Shown here one piece after another: positions 1 through 7,072 of a DNA stretch of 12,944 bases; position 1 is the first letter of the stretch, and each line of letters starts with the position of its first letter. The position numbers were made by a program, and so were the translations under genes. Below the pieces are notes generated by a model. It saw only the letters and a list, made by a program, of their open reading frames with translations. It did no database searches and was not told the DNA's origin. The stretch comes from Minisyncoccia bacterium (GTDB lineage: Bacteria > Patescibacteriota > Minisyncoccia > SW-4-49-11): contig JBIKVS010000017.1 of NCBI GenBank assembly GCA_044356725.1, positions 1 through 12,944 of the forward strand, given 5' to 3'.

Positions 1-127
1 AGATTTTAACAAATCTTTAATAGAATACATTTACTATTATAATACTAAACGTCCTCATACTTCTCTTAACTATTTATCTCCTTTCTCTTTCCTCTCTAAT
101 TTTTCCACGATGTATTCGTCCTATACA
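1..127 (+). mobile_element. Right end of an insertion sequence, probably IS481 family (IS3-related DDE), truncated by the window edge
   Basis: Carries an integrase-core C-terminal motif (next feature) and ends ...CGATGTATTCGTCCTATACA (127). Read from the other strand this is 5'-TGTATAGGACGAATAC, matching the TGT...ACA ends of IS481-type elements. The left end is outside the window, so the inverted repeat and target duplication cannot be confirmed. Confidence 0.7.
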
Positions 128-160
128 TACCCTTGCAAAAAGGCTAATTCTATGCTATAA
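2..160 (+). CDS. Partial transposase, integrase-core (rve) C-terminus, 5'-truncated
   Basis: Manual translation of frame +2: DFNKSLIEYIYYYNTKRPHTSLNYLSPFSFLSNFSTMYSSYTYPCKKANSML*. YYNxxRPHxSLxYxSP is the signature C-terminal motif of IS3/IS481 transposases. Not in the ORF track. Confidence 0.85.
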   Translation, partial: DFNKSLIEYIYYYNTKRPHTSLNYLSPFSFLSNFSTMYSSYTYPCKKANSML

Positions 161-161
161 T
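133..161 (+). promoter_or_regulatory. Sigma70 promoter of the rpsF operon
   Basis: TTGCAA (133-138), 17-bp spacer, TATAAT (156-161), with an extended -10 TG at 153-154. Confidence 0.85.
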
Positions 162-253
162 TTATTTAATCTTTCGCCAGTTCTTTATACCAAGCACTTC
201 TAAATCTGAGTATCTACAGATTTAATGTCCGTTTATTATTATTGTATAGAAGA

Positions 254-673
254 ATGTTATACGAAATCACTTATATCTTAAAACCAGAGTTAACTAACGA
301 GGAGCAATCTGCTGTTAACTCTAAAATCGCTGATTTAGTTCAGTCTCTAGAAGGGACTGCCAAAGCTTCTGAAAGAACTTTTTCAGTTGAGAGAGGTGGT
401 ACTGATGAGAATAATCTTCGTAAATTTGCTTATCCGATTAAGCATTACAAGGAAGGTTATTATTACACTACTACCTTTGAATTGGAACCTACTAGATTAA
501 AAGAGCTAGACTCTACATTAAAAAGAGAAGCTGATATTCTAAGGTTTTTGATAGTCAAAGACTTTATAGAATTAAGCGAAATTCCTGTAGAAGATAAGCC
601 TGAGGAATCAAAAGAGTCTGAAAAGGTAGATAAATCAGAGAAAAAACCTGCCAAAGCTACAAAAAAAGATTAA
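254..673 (+). CDS. rpsF: 30S ribosomal protein bS6
   Basis: MLYEITYILKP..., RKFAYPIK, GYY and ILRFLIVK match S6 motifs, and it is the first gene of rpsF-ssb-rpsR. ATG at 254 is preferred over the TTG at 242. Charged low-complexity C-terminal tail. Confidence 0.96.
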   Translation: MLYEITYILKPELTNEEQSAVNSKIADLVQSLEGTAKASERTFSVERGGTDENNLRKFAYPIKHYKEGYYYTTTFELEPTRLKELDSTLKREADILRFLIVKDFIELSEIPVEDKPEESKESEKVDKSEKKPAKATKKD

Positions 674-691
674 TTATTAACACCAAATTAT

Positions 692-1168
692 ATGTATCTT
701 AACAAAGTCTATCTTATCGGTAATCTAACTCAAGATCCTGAATTCAAAGCTCTTCCTAGCGGATCATCTGTAGCCAGTTTTAGTCTAGCTACTAATCGTA
801 CCTGGACTGATAAGCAAGGGCAAAGACAAGAAACTGCTGAGTATCATAATGTTGTAGCTTATGGAAAACAAGCTGAAACTATTAGTCAATATTTAAGAAA
901 GGGATCCCTGTTATTTGTAGAAGGAAGACTTCAAACTAGGTCTTGGGAAGCTCAAGATGGGCAGAAAAAATATAGGACTGAGATTATTGTAGATACATTT
1001 CAATTTGGGCCAAAAGGTTCAGGGGTCGGAGCTACATCTAATAACTCTAGACCAACTCCCGCTCCAAGTTTAAGTCCTAAATCTACTCCAGCTAGTGCTC
1101 CACAGGAAGAATTACCAACTGTAAACCTAGATGAAGACGAGATTGACTTAGAAGAGATTCCATTTTAA
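692..1168 (+). CDS. ssb: Single-stranded DNA-binding protein
   Basis: LNKVYLIGNLTQDPE, FSLATNR and VEGRLQTRSWE OB-fold motifs, a Pro/Ser linker and an acidic C-terminal tail ending IPF. Confidence 0.98.
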   Translation: MYLNKVYLIGNLTQDPEFKALPSGSSVASFSLATNRTWTDKQGQRQETAEYHNVVAYGKQAETISQYLRKGSLLFVEGRLQTRSWEAQDGQKKYRTEIIVDTFQFGPKGSGVGATSNNSRPTPAPSLSPKSTPASAPQEELPTVNLDEDEIDLEEIPF

Positions 1169-1186
1169 TTAGTTAACTATATACTT

Positions 1187-1408
1187 ATGCGAAATAACAA
1201 GAAGAAAGCCCCTAAAGTTTGCTACTTTAGTACTAATAATGTAGCTATAGACTATAAGGATGCTATCACCTTAAAGATGTTCATCACCCCTCAAGCTAAA
1301 ATAGTATCCTCTCGAAGGACTGGTACTAGAGCTAGCCATCAGAGAAATCTATCTAGAGCTATGAAAAGAGCTAGATTTCTATCTATTATTCCTTACGTAA
1401 CTAGATAA
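1187..1408 (+). CDS. rpsR: 30S ribosomal protein bS18
   Basis: [14 protein letters not shown] and [20 protein letters not shown] motifs; canonical position after ssb. Confidence 0.97.
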   Translation: MRNNKKKAPKVCYFSTNNVAIDYKDAITLKMFITPQAKIVSSRRTGTRASHQRNLSRAMKRARFLSIIPYVTR

Positions 1409-1412
1409 ATAT

Positions 1413-1682
1413 ATGCCTATTACACAATCTGCTATCAAAGCACATCGACAATCATTGAAAAAGAATGCCGAGAATAATATAGTTAAGAAAAGACTAAGAG
1501 CTACTGTTAAAGAATTTGTTTCTTATCTATCTACAGATATTGAGAAGGCTAAAGAGCTAATTCCTAGACTTTATAAAGCTATTGATAAGACTGCTAAAAG
1601 AGGAATCTTGAAAAAGAACTCTGCCGCCCGTAAAAAGTCTCGCTTAATGGCTAAGTTAAATCAAGCTTTAACTGAGAAGTAA
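1413..1682 (+). CDS. rpsT: 30S ribosomal protein bS20
   Basis: MPITQSAIKAHRQS...IDKTAKRGILKKNSAARKKSRL is the S20 signature. Confidence 0.97.
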   Translation: MPITQSAIKAHRQSLKKNAENNIVKKRLRATVKEFVSYLSTDIEKAKELIPRLYKAIDKTAKRGILKKNSAARKKSRLMAKLNQALTEK

Positions 1683-1696
1683 GAACTATATATTCT

Positions 1697-1736
1697 AACT
1701 AAAAGACCGCTTATATAAAGGCGGTCTTTTAGTTTA
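1697..1736. terminator. Bidirectional intrinsic terminator after rpsT
   Basis: AACTAAAAGACCGC (1697-1710) and GCGGTCTTTTAGTT (1721-1734) form a perfect 14-bp inverted repeat with a GC core and A/T tracts on both sides. Confidence 0.9.
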
Positions 1737-1776
1737 TTCAATTAAACTATAATATTTTCTTAACTTACATATTACA

Positions 1777-1785
1777 TGTTATAAT
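1777..1785 (+). promoter_or_regulatory. Extended -10 promoter for the NUDIX gene
   Basis: TGTTATAAT; a second TATAAT lies at 1796-1801, 8 nt before the ATG. The region is very AT-rich, so specificity is limited. Confidence 0.55.
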
Positions 1786-1809
1786 ATTAATATAGTATAA
1801 TTTTTATAT

Positions 1810-2226
1810 ATGATAGATAAGCTGTTTGTTGCTACAAAAGCATTTATAATTTGTGATGGTGAAATACTTCTATTAAGAGAGTCTTCTAATTATAAAGATT
1901 CTGTTCATACAGGTAAATTAGATGTTCCGGGAGGCCGGGTTGAAGTTGGTCAAAAGTTTGATGAGAGCTTACTCCGAGAAGTTAAAGAAGAAACTGGACT
2001 TGATGTAGAAATTGGAAAATCTTTTTTTGTAAATGAATCTTACCCCATAGTGCGGGGTGAGAATTGGCAAATTATTAGAATATTTTTTGAATGCCATTCA
2101 AAATCAAAAGATGTTAAGTTAAGTGATGATCACTCTGAGTTTATATGGATTAAACCAGAAGAATACACTCAATATAATGTAATTGAAAATTTAATTCCTG
2201 TTTTTGAGAATTTTTTAACTAAATAA
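1810..2226 (+). CDS. NUDIX hydrolase (MutT-like fold), substrate unknown
   Basis: Nudix box PGGRVEVGQKFDESLLREVKEETGL (first conserved Glu appears as Gln) and the C-terminal LSDDHSEFIW motif. 3' end overlaps holA by 8 bp. Confidence 0.92.
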   Translation: MIDKLFVATKAFIICDGEILLLRESSNYKDSVHTGKLDVPGGRVEVGQKFDESLLREVKEETGLDVEIGKSFFVNESYPIVRGENWQIIRIFFECHSKSKDVKLSDDHSEFIWIKPEEYTQYNVIENLIPVFENFLTK

Positions 2227-3241
2227 ACCCCATAACCAGCTCCCTTAACTTATCAAATGGGCTTTTACCTTCAAATTTTATACTATAATCACCTTTTATT
2301 AAATCTAGATATATTTGCTTTAGGTCTTTAGAGCTGCGGTTACGAATGCTTTGGGCTGTTAGTTGTAGGACATAAGGATGTCCTTTGACATACTCATTGT
2401 ATTGTTTTCCTTTTTCCTGAGCTAATTTAATAATTAGGGCGGTTTTTATTTGACTAATTAATAATCCATATAATGGTATGCCTTCTATTCCAGTATGCTC
2501 TAAATTTTTAAGTGTGGAAAGAAATTTACCATAATTATTCTTATAAATATAATCTGCTAAGGAAAATATACTGGCATTATTTTCTTGAGGGAGTATAACT
2601 TGTAGCATTGACACTGTTATATTTTGCTTGTCTCCATAGTAGTTATATATTTGATTGAATATATATTCTATTTTATAAAAATCTATTTTGAAACTAGCTT
2701 TTTTAGACTTAGATTGGCTTCCCGCTTTCTCCATATCCTGTTTGTGCTGATTTTTTTGAAGTTCAACAATATAAATAATTGTCTCTCTTCCAATATCTAT
2801 ACCCTGTTCTAAACTCATTTGATGAATATAGGCTATGGCTTTAGGTTCTGGCAAATAATCATATTGTGTTATTTTGGCTTTAATATCTATTAAAAATTTG
2901 GTTAAGGGATGGGTTTTAGGTATATTATCTATATCATAAAATAGCACAATTATATCTGGACTATCCTTACAATGTTGTAAGGTTTTTTTGATTTTAGTGT
3001 GTAATATTTTGGGTAGAGTGATTAAGTTTTTAATCACAATAAGTCTCTTTTCTACGAACAAAGAACTAGTGCTGAAACTTTGCTTTAATTTAGCTAATAA
3101 AATATCTTCCGTGTCTGGTAATTCAATATCCGCAAAGTCAAATATTTCTTGTTTGGCTTGTTTTTGTAAGCCAAGTTCTTGAATAGATTTAAGTTTTTCC
3201 CTAGAGCGATAAGTGTCTGGTCCTGAAATCGATATAATCAT
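2219..3241 (-). CDS. holA: DNA polymerase III subunit delta
   Basis: N-terminal GPDTYRS, SLFVEKRLIVIKN, SIFSLAD, HPYV and DYSIK motifs, 340 aa length and proximity to rpsT. Confidence 0.85.
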   Translation of the reverse strand: MIISISGPDTYRSREKLKSIQELGLQKQAKQEIFDFADIELPDTEDILLAKLKQSFSTSSLFVEKRLIVIKNLITLPKILHTKIKKTLQHCKDSPDIIVLFYDIDNIPKTHPLTKFLIDIKAKITQYDYLPEPKAIAYIHQMSLEQGIDIGRETIIYIVELQKNQHKQDMEKAGSQSKSKKASFKIDFYKIEYIFNQIYNYYGDKQNITVSMLQVILPQENNASIFSLADYIYKNNYGKFLSTLKNLEHTGIEGIPLYGLLISQIKTALIIKLAQEKGKQYNEYVKGHPYVLQLTAQSIRNRSSKDLKQIYLDLIKGDYSIKFEGKSPFDKLRELVMGFI

Positions 3242-3270
3242 ACAAGCTTACCTATAGGAGAGAAAAATGT

Positions 3271-4413
3271 TTAATTTAGCTCCCATTTTAAGTTCTGACC
3301 TGGTTCTATAACTTGAATAAAAGTCTGTCCTGGTACTAATAATATTTCTTGTCCATCATCTGCTCCATAAAATCTTAATGTGTCTTTGAATCCTACTTTC
3401 TTCCAAGTTATATTTTTCTCTTGTCCATTATGATACACTTTACCTTCTCCCTCTCCATAAATAGTAACTTCGTTGTATTGTCCTTCAATCTGACGAGATG
3501 AAGCTCTCATCACTACAATATTCTTAGCTTTTATCTCAGAGTCTTTATTTCCCCTATCTACATCTTTCTGTCCTGCCCAATATCTAGTATAAGTATTGTC
3601 ATCTTTATTATATTCCCAGCTAGTAGCAAATACTCCTCCGAATCCTACATACAACTTACCGTTTTTAGCATCTTTAGTTGCATTTTCAATTGTTTTTTTA
3701 CTTTGGAATTTATATCCTTCTAGATTACTCTCTAGTGTGTATTCTCTTTTTTTAGCTAAATCAATAACTTTTGGTAGGGAAACAAAACCATTATGCGGTG
3801 CGGGGACTGTACTTTTTCTAAAGAATGGACCACTGGAAGAGATGGCATCAATATCTGGCACTTTACCTAAATCTTCTCCAGTATATCTCTTGCCGGTCTT
3901 GAGTTCATCTAAGGCAAAAGATGATCCTCCCCAATGCACATAAATCGCATCCCAACCTCTGACTAAGCTAATATAATCATGCCTAGCACTGCGAATTGAA
4001 CCAACTTCGTCTGGTAAATTACATACATACACCCCCATTAATCTAGTTACGCTTCCGGTGATAACTGGCATTTCGACTACAATCTCGGCTTGACTCAATC
4101 CTGATAAAGGTCTAGCTACAGCATCTCCTGCCATCATAACTGCTATTGGTCTTTGTTTATAATTATCACACTGTATACCTGTAAGAGGGCTGGCATTAGT
4201 GATTTTTTCTTCGCTCGGCTCTAATATAGAATCTGAAGTAGTATTGTCTTTATTTTCTTGTGATTCTTTCTGAGTCTCTTTATTCCTATCACCAATTCCA
4301 CTAAAGGAATAAGCTCCTATGCTTATAACACTAATTACTATTAAAGTTACTCCAATAACTATATATTGTTCTTTTTTGGTAAGAGTAGCCCATCTTTTTA
4401 AAAAGTTTTTCAT
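3271..4413 (-). CDS. DUF3048 (YerB-like) protein with an N-terminal membrane anchor
   Basis: SPLTG, RPIAVM, ARPLSGLSQAEIVVE, TRLMG, VGSIRSARH, HWGGS and APHN motifs. Hydrophobic segment YIVIGVTLIVISVISIGAYSF near the N-terminus. Confidence 0.88.
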   Translation of the reverse strand: MKNFLKRWATLTKKEQYIVIGVTLIVISVISIGAYSFSGIGDRNKETQKESQENKDNTTSDSILEPSEEKITNASPLTGIQCDNYKQRPIAVMMAGDAVARPLSGLSQAEIVVEMPVITGSVTRLMGVYVCNLPDEVGSIRSARHDYISLVRGWDAIYVHWGGSSFALDELKTGKRYTGEDLGKVPDIDAISSSGPFFRKSTVPAPHNGFVSLPKVIDLAKKREYTLESNLEGYKFQSKKTIENATKDAKNGKLYVGFGGVFATSWEYNKDDNTYTRYWAGQKDVDRGNKDSEIKAKNIVVMRASSRQIEGQYNEVTIYGEGEGKVYHNGQEKNITWKKVGFKDTLRFYGADDGQEILLVPGQTFIQVIEPGQNLKWELN

Positions 4414-4417
4414 ATCT

Positions 4418-4801
4418 TTATTGAGTTAAATTATTAATCTTAGCAACTATTTCTGTCGGGGAATAATGTGATTTTACAATATAATCTATTGCTCCTAATC
4501 TTATGCATTCAGTTATCTTATCTTGCTCACTCAAATTACTCATAACAATAATTTTGGGGTTATAATTAGCTGACTTCTTATCATTAAACTCGGATAATAT
4601 TTCTAGCCCTGTTTTGGTTGGCACCATTAAATCCAATAATACTATGTTATATTCTCCGGCAAGTAGTTTATCAAGACCATCTTGTCCATCTGAAGACTCA
4701 GTGACTTTATATTTAGCCTCTCTTAATTTCATACTTACTAATTCTCGGACAAAAATATCGTCCTCTATAATTAGCAGTGCTTTTTTATTTTGTTCCGGCA
4801 T
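4418..4801 (-). CDS. Single-domain response regulator (CheY-like receiver)
   Basis: LLIIEDD acidic pocket, LLDLMVP phosphoacceptor, SN switch position and DYIVK lysine. No output domain. Confidence 0.93.
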   Translation of the reverse strand: MPEQNKKALLIIEDDIFVRELVSMKLREAKYKVTESSDGQDGLDKLLAGEYNIVLLDLMVPTKTGLEILSEFNDKKSANYNPKIIVMSNLSEQDKITECIRLGAIDYIVKSHYSPTEIVAKINNLTQ

Positions 4802-4826
4802 ATTGTATTAATTTATTATTAATATA

Positions 4827-4835
4827 ATTATACCA
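4827..4835 (-). promoter_or_regulatory. Extended -10 promoter for the receiver-DUF3048-holA unit
   Basis: TGGTATAAT on the minus strand, 25 nt upstream of the ATG at 4801. Confidence 0.6.
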
Positions 4836-4911
4836 TATTTTATCAAAAAATACCATAGTTAGAATTAGATGAGATGATTGTAGACAATTTTTTAAGGTTA
4901 AAATTTATTCT

Positions 4912-4952
4912 GTCCTCCTTTGGAGGAGGTGCCCGCTAGGGCGGAGGAGGAC
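4912..4952 (+). repeat. Double-hairpin intergenic repeat, module B copy 1
   Basis: GTCCTCCTTTGGAGGAGGTGCCCGCTAGGGCGGAGGAGGAC: hairpins CCTCCT-TTGG-AGGAGG and GCCC-GCTA-GGGC, with complementary ends GTCCTC/GAGGAC. Homologous to 8372-8413. Confidence 0.85.
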
Positions 4953-4956
4953 TTCA

Positions 4957-4979
4957 GGCGACTGGAAGGTCGCCCCTAC
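4957..4979 (-). repeat. GTAG-type REP-like palindrome, module A copy 1
   Basis: Minus strand reads GTAGGGGCGACCTTCCAGTCGCC (GTAG plus a GGCGAC/GTCGCC stem); 21/23 identical to 8346-8368. Confidence 0.85.
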
Positions 4980-4980
4980 A

Positions 4981-5015
4981 ATTTATAGTTCACAATTCAC
5001 CATTCATAATTGACT
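4981..5015 (+). repeat. Degenerate heptamer tandem array, module C copy 1
   Basis: ATTTATA GTTCACA ATTCACC ATTCATA ATTGACT, period 7. Confidence 0.7.
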
Positions 5016-5020
5016 TTTTA

Positions 5021-5029
5021 TGCTATAAT
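5021..5029 (+). promoter_or_regulatory. Extended -10 promoter of uvrB, near-leaderless
   Basis: TGCTATAAT ending 9 nt before the ATG at 5039; no Shine-Dalgarno sequence. Confidence 0.7.
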
Positions 5030-5038
5030 ATAACTTAT

Positions 5039-7072
5039 ATGAAGTTTAAGATATCATCTCACTACAAACCCAAGGGTGACCAACCAAAAGCAATTGAGAA
5101 GCTAAGTAATGGCTTGTCTCAAGGTAAAGCTCATCAGACTTTACTAGGAGTTACTGGCTCAGGGAAAACTTTTACTATGGCTCATTTGATTGAAAAATAT
5201 CAAAAGCCTACTTTGATTATTTCTCATAATAAAACTTTAGCGGCTCAATTATATCAGGAGTTTAGAGATTTTTTCCCAGAGAATAATGTACATTATTTTG
5301 TCTCTTACTATGATTATTATCAACCGGAGAGTTATCTTCCCTCTTCGGATACTTATATTGAGAAGGAGTCTATGACTAATGCCCAGGTGGAAAGACTGCG
5401 ACATGCCGCTACTCAAAGTCTTTTATCTAATCCTGATACAATTATAATTTCATCAGTTTCTTGTATTTACGGTATTGGGTCTCCAGAAGATTATGGGAAT
5501 TTATCTTTGATAATAGAGGTGGGGCAAAAGATTCTCCGAGACGACTTTATAAGAGCCTTAATTGCCATTCAATACAGTCGCAATGATATAGATTTTAAAC
5601 CTGGATGTTTTAGAATTAAAGGAGATGTGGTAGAAATTCACGAGCCTGGAGAAAAGAGATTGGTTAAAATTAGTTTTTGGGGTGATACTATTGAGACTAT
5701 AAGCTATAATGAATATCAAGACTCTATTTTAGAACAATTACCTGCCAAATATATTGATGGGTATAGAGTTTTCCCCGCTACCCATTGGATTTCTACAAGA
5801 AGCAAGGTCGATAATATGATTCCTTTGATTAAGGATGAGATGTCTCAGCGAGTAGAGTTTTTTAAGAAATATAATAAATTAGTAGAGGCTCAAAGAATTG
5901 AGGAAAGGGTAAATTATGATATTGAAATGCTCTCTGAGGTTGGCTTTACTAAAGGTATTGAGAATTATTCTAGATACTTAACTGGACGAGCTCCTGGGGA
6001 ACCTCCTTATACTTTGATTGATTATTTTCTAGAGGCTGATAATGAATTTCTAACTCTAGTTGATGAGTCACATATTACCCTGCCTCAAATTCGTGGTATG
6101 CATAATGGAGATGCTGCTCGTAAAAAGAATCTCATCGACTTTGGATTTAGATTACCATCAGCAGCAGATAATAGGCCACTTAAATTCTATGAATTTGAAG
6201 CTAAGATCCCACATATAGTCTATGTCTCGGCTACTCCTAGTGAATATGAGTTAGCTAACTCTACGGATAATCAAATTCATGCTATCCAAGATTTACAAAA
6301 TATTAAAGAGTTACCAGAGGGAATTGCTGAGCAAATTATTCGCCCAACTGGATTATTAGAGCCAGTAATTGAAATTCGACCTACAGATAATCAGATTCAG
6401 GATGTAATTGATGAGATTGGAGATATTATTACCAAAGATGAGAGAGTCTTAATTCTGACTTTGACCAAGAGAATGGCTGAGGACATTGCTGATTTCTTAA
6501 AAGAAAAAGGTATTAAAACCGAATATCTACACTCAGATATTGACACCTTAGACAGACCAGAAATATTAATCAAATTACGACAAGGTGAATTTGATGTCTT
6601 GGTTGGAATTAACCTTTTAAGAGAAGGGTTGGATTTACCTGAAGTATCTCTGGTAGCAATATTAGATGCTGATAAAGAAGGGTTCTTGAGGAATGAAACC
6701 TCTCTAATTCAAACCATTGGCCGAGCTGCTAGACATAAGAATGGGAAGGTTATATTGTATGCTAATAAAATTACTAAATCAATTGAAAAATCTATTGCCG
6801 AGACTGACCGTAGACGAGAAATTCAAACAGCCTATAATATTAAGCACAGTATTGTGCCAGAAGGTATTAAAAAGGATATAAGATCTAGTATTGTCAAAGA
6901 TAAGAAAAAAGAACTCCAAGAGCAAAAAGTTGCAGCCCTGGATATCTCAGAGAGAGAGTTTATGATAGAAGAACTAACCAAACAGATGAACCAAGCAGCC
7001 CAAGAATTAGATTTTGAAAGAGCCAAAGATTTAAGAGATGAGATTGCTCTTATTAAAGCTTTAGATAAATAA
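5039..7072 (+). CDS. uvrB: Excinuclease ABC subunit B
   Basis: GDQP, Walker A GVTGSGKT, FVSYYDYYQPESY beta-hairpin, DESH, SATP, GINLLREGLDLPEV, QTIGRAAR and a C-terminal UVR domain (LDFERAKDLRD). Confidence 0.99.
   Translation: MKFKISSHYKPKGDQPKAIEKLSNGLSQGKAHQTLLGVTGSGKTFTMAHLIEKYQKPTLIISHNKTLAAQLYQEFRDFFPENNVHYFVSYYDYYQPESYLPSSDTYIEKESMTNAQVERLRHAATQSLLSNPDTIIISSVSCIYGIGSPEDYGNLSLIIEVGQKILRDDFIRALIAIQYSRNDIDFKPGCFRIKGDVVEIHEPGEKRLVKISFWGDTIETISYNEYQDSILEQLPAKYIDGYRVFPATHWISTRSKVDNMIPLIKDEMSQRVEFFKKYNKLVEAQRIEERVNYDIEMLSEVGFTKGIENYSRYLTGRAPGEPPYTLIDYFLEADNEFLTLVDESHITLPQIRGMHNGDAARKKNLIDFGFRLPSAADNRPLKFYEFEAKIPHIVYVSATPSEYELANSTDNQIHAIQDLQNIKELPEGIAEQIIRPTGLLEPVIEIRPTDNQIQDVIDEIGDIITKDERVLILTLTKRMAEDIADFLKEKGIKTEYLHSDIDTLDRPEILIKLRQGEFDVLVGINLLREGLDLPEVSLVAILDADKEGFLRNETSLIQTIGRAARHKNGKVILYANKITKSIEKSIAETDRRREIQTAYNIKHSIVPEGIKKDIRSSIVKDKKKELQEQKVAALDISEREFMIEELTKQMNQAAQELDFERAKDLRDEIALIKALDK

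Noticed and set aside
114-255. TGTATAGAAGAAT (243-255) resembles the reverse complement of the IS end (114-127)
   Set aside because: Only 7 contiguous matches, it overlaps the rpsF start, and the orientation does not enclose an element. Probably chance.
463-654. 63-aa minus-strand ORF
   Set aside because: Antisense shadow of rpsF with no motif.
2624-3182. 62-aa and 64-aa plus-strand ORFs
   Set aside because: Antisense to holA, TTG starts, no motifs.
3596-4811. 115-aa and 65-aa plus-strand ORFs
   Set aside because: Antisense shadows of the DUF3048 and receiver genes.
4981-5038. LexA/SOS box upstream of uvrB
   Set aside because: No match to the GAAC-N4-GTTC, CTGT-N8-ACAG or GTTC-N7-GTTC boxes. 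The single GTTC belongs to the heptamer array. A lineage-specific box cannot be excluded.
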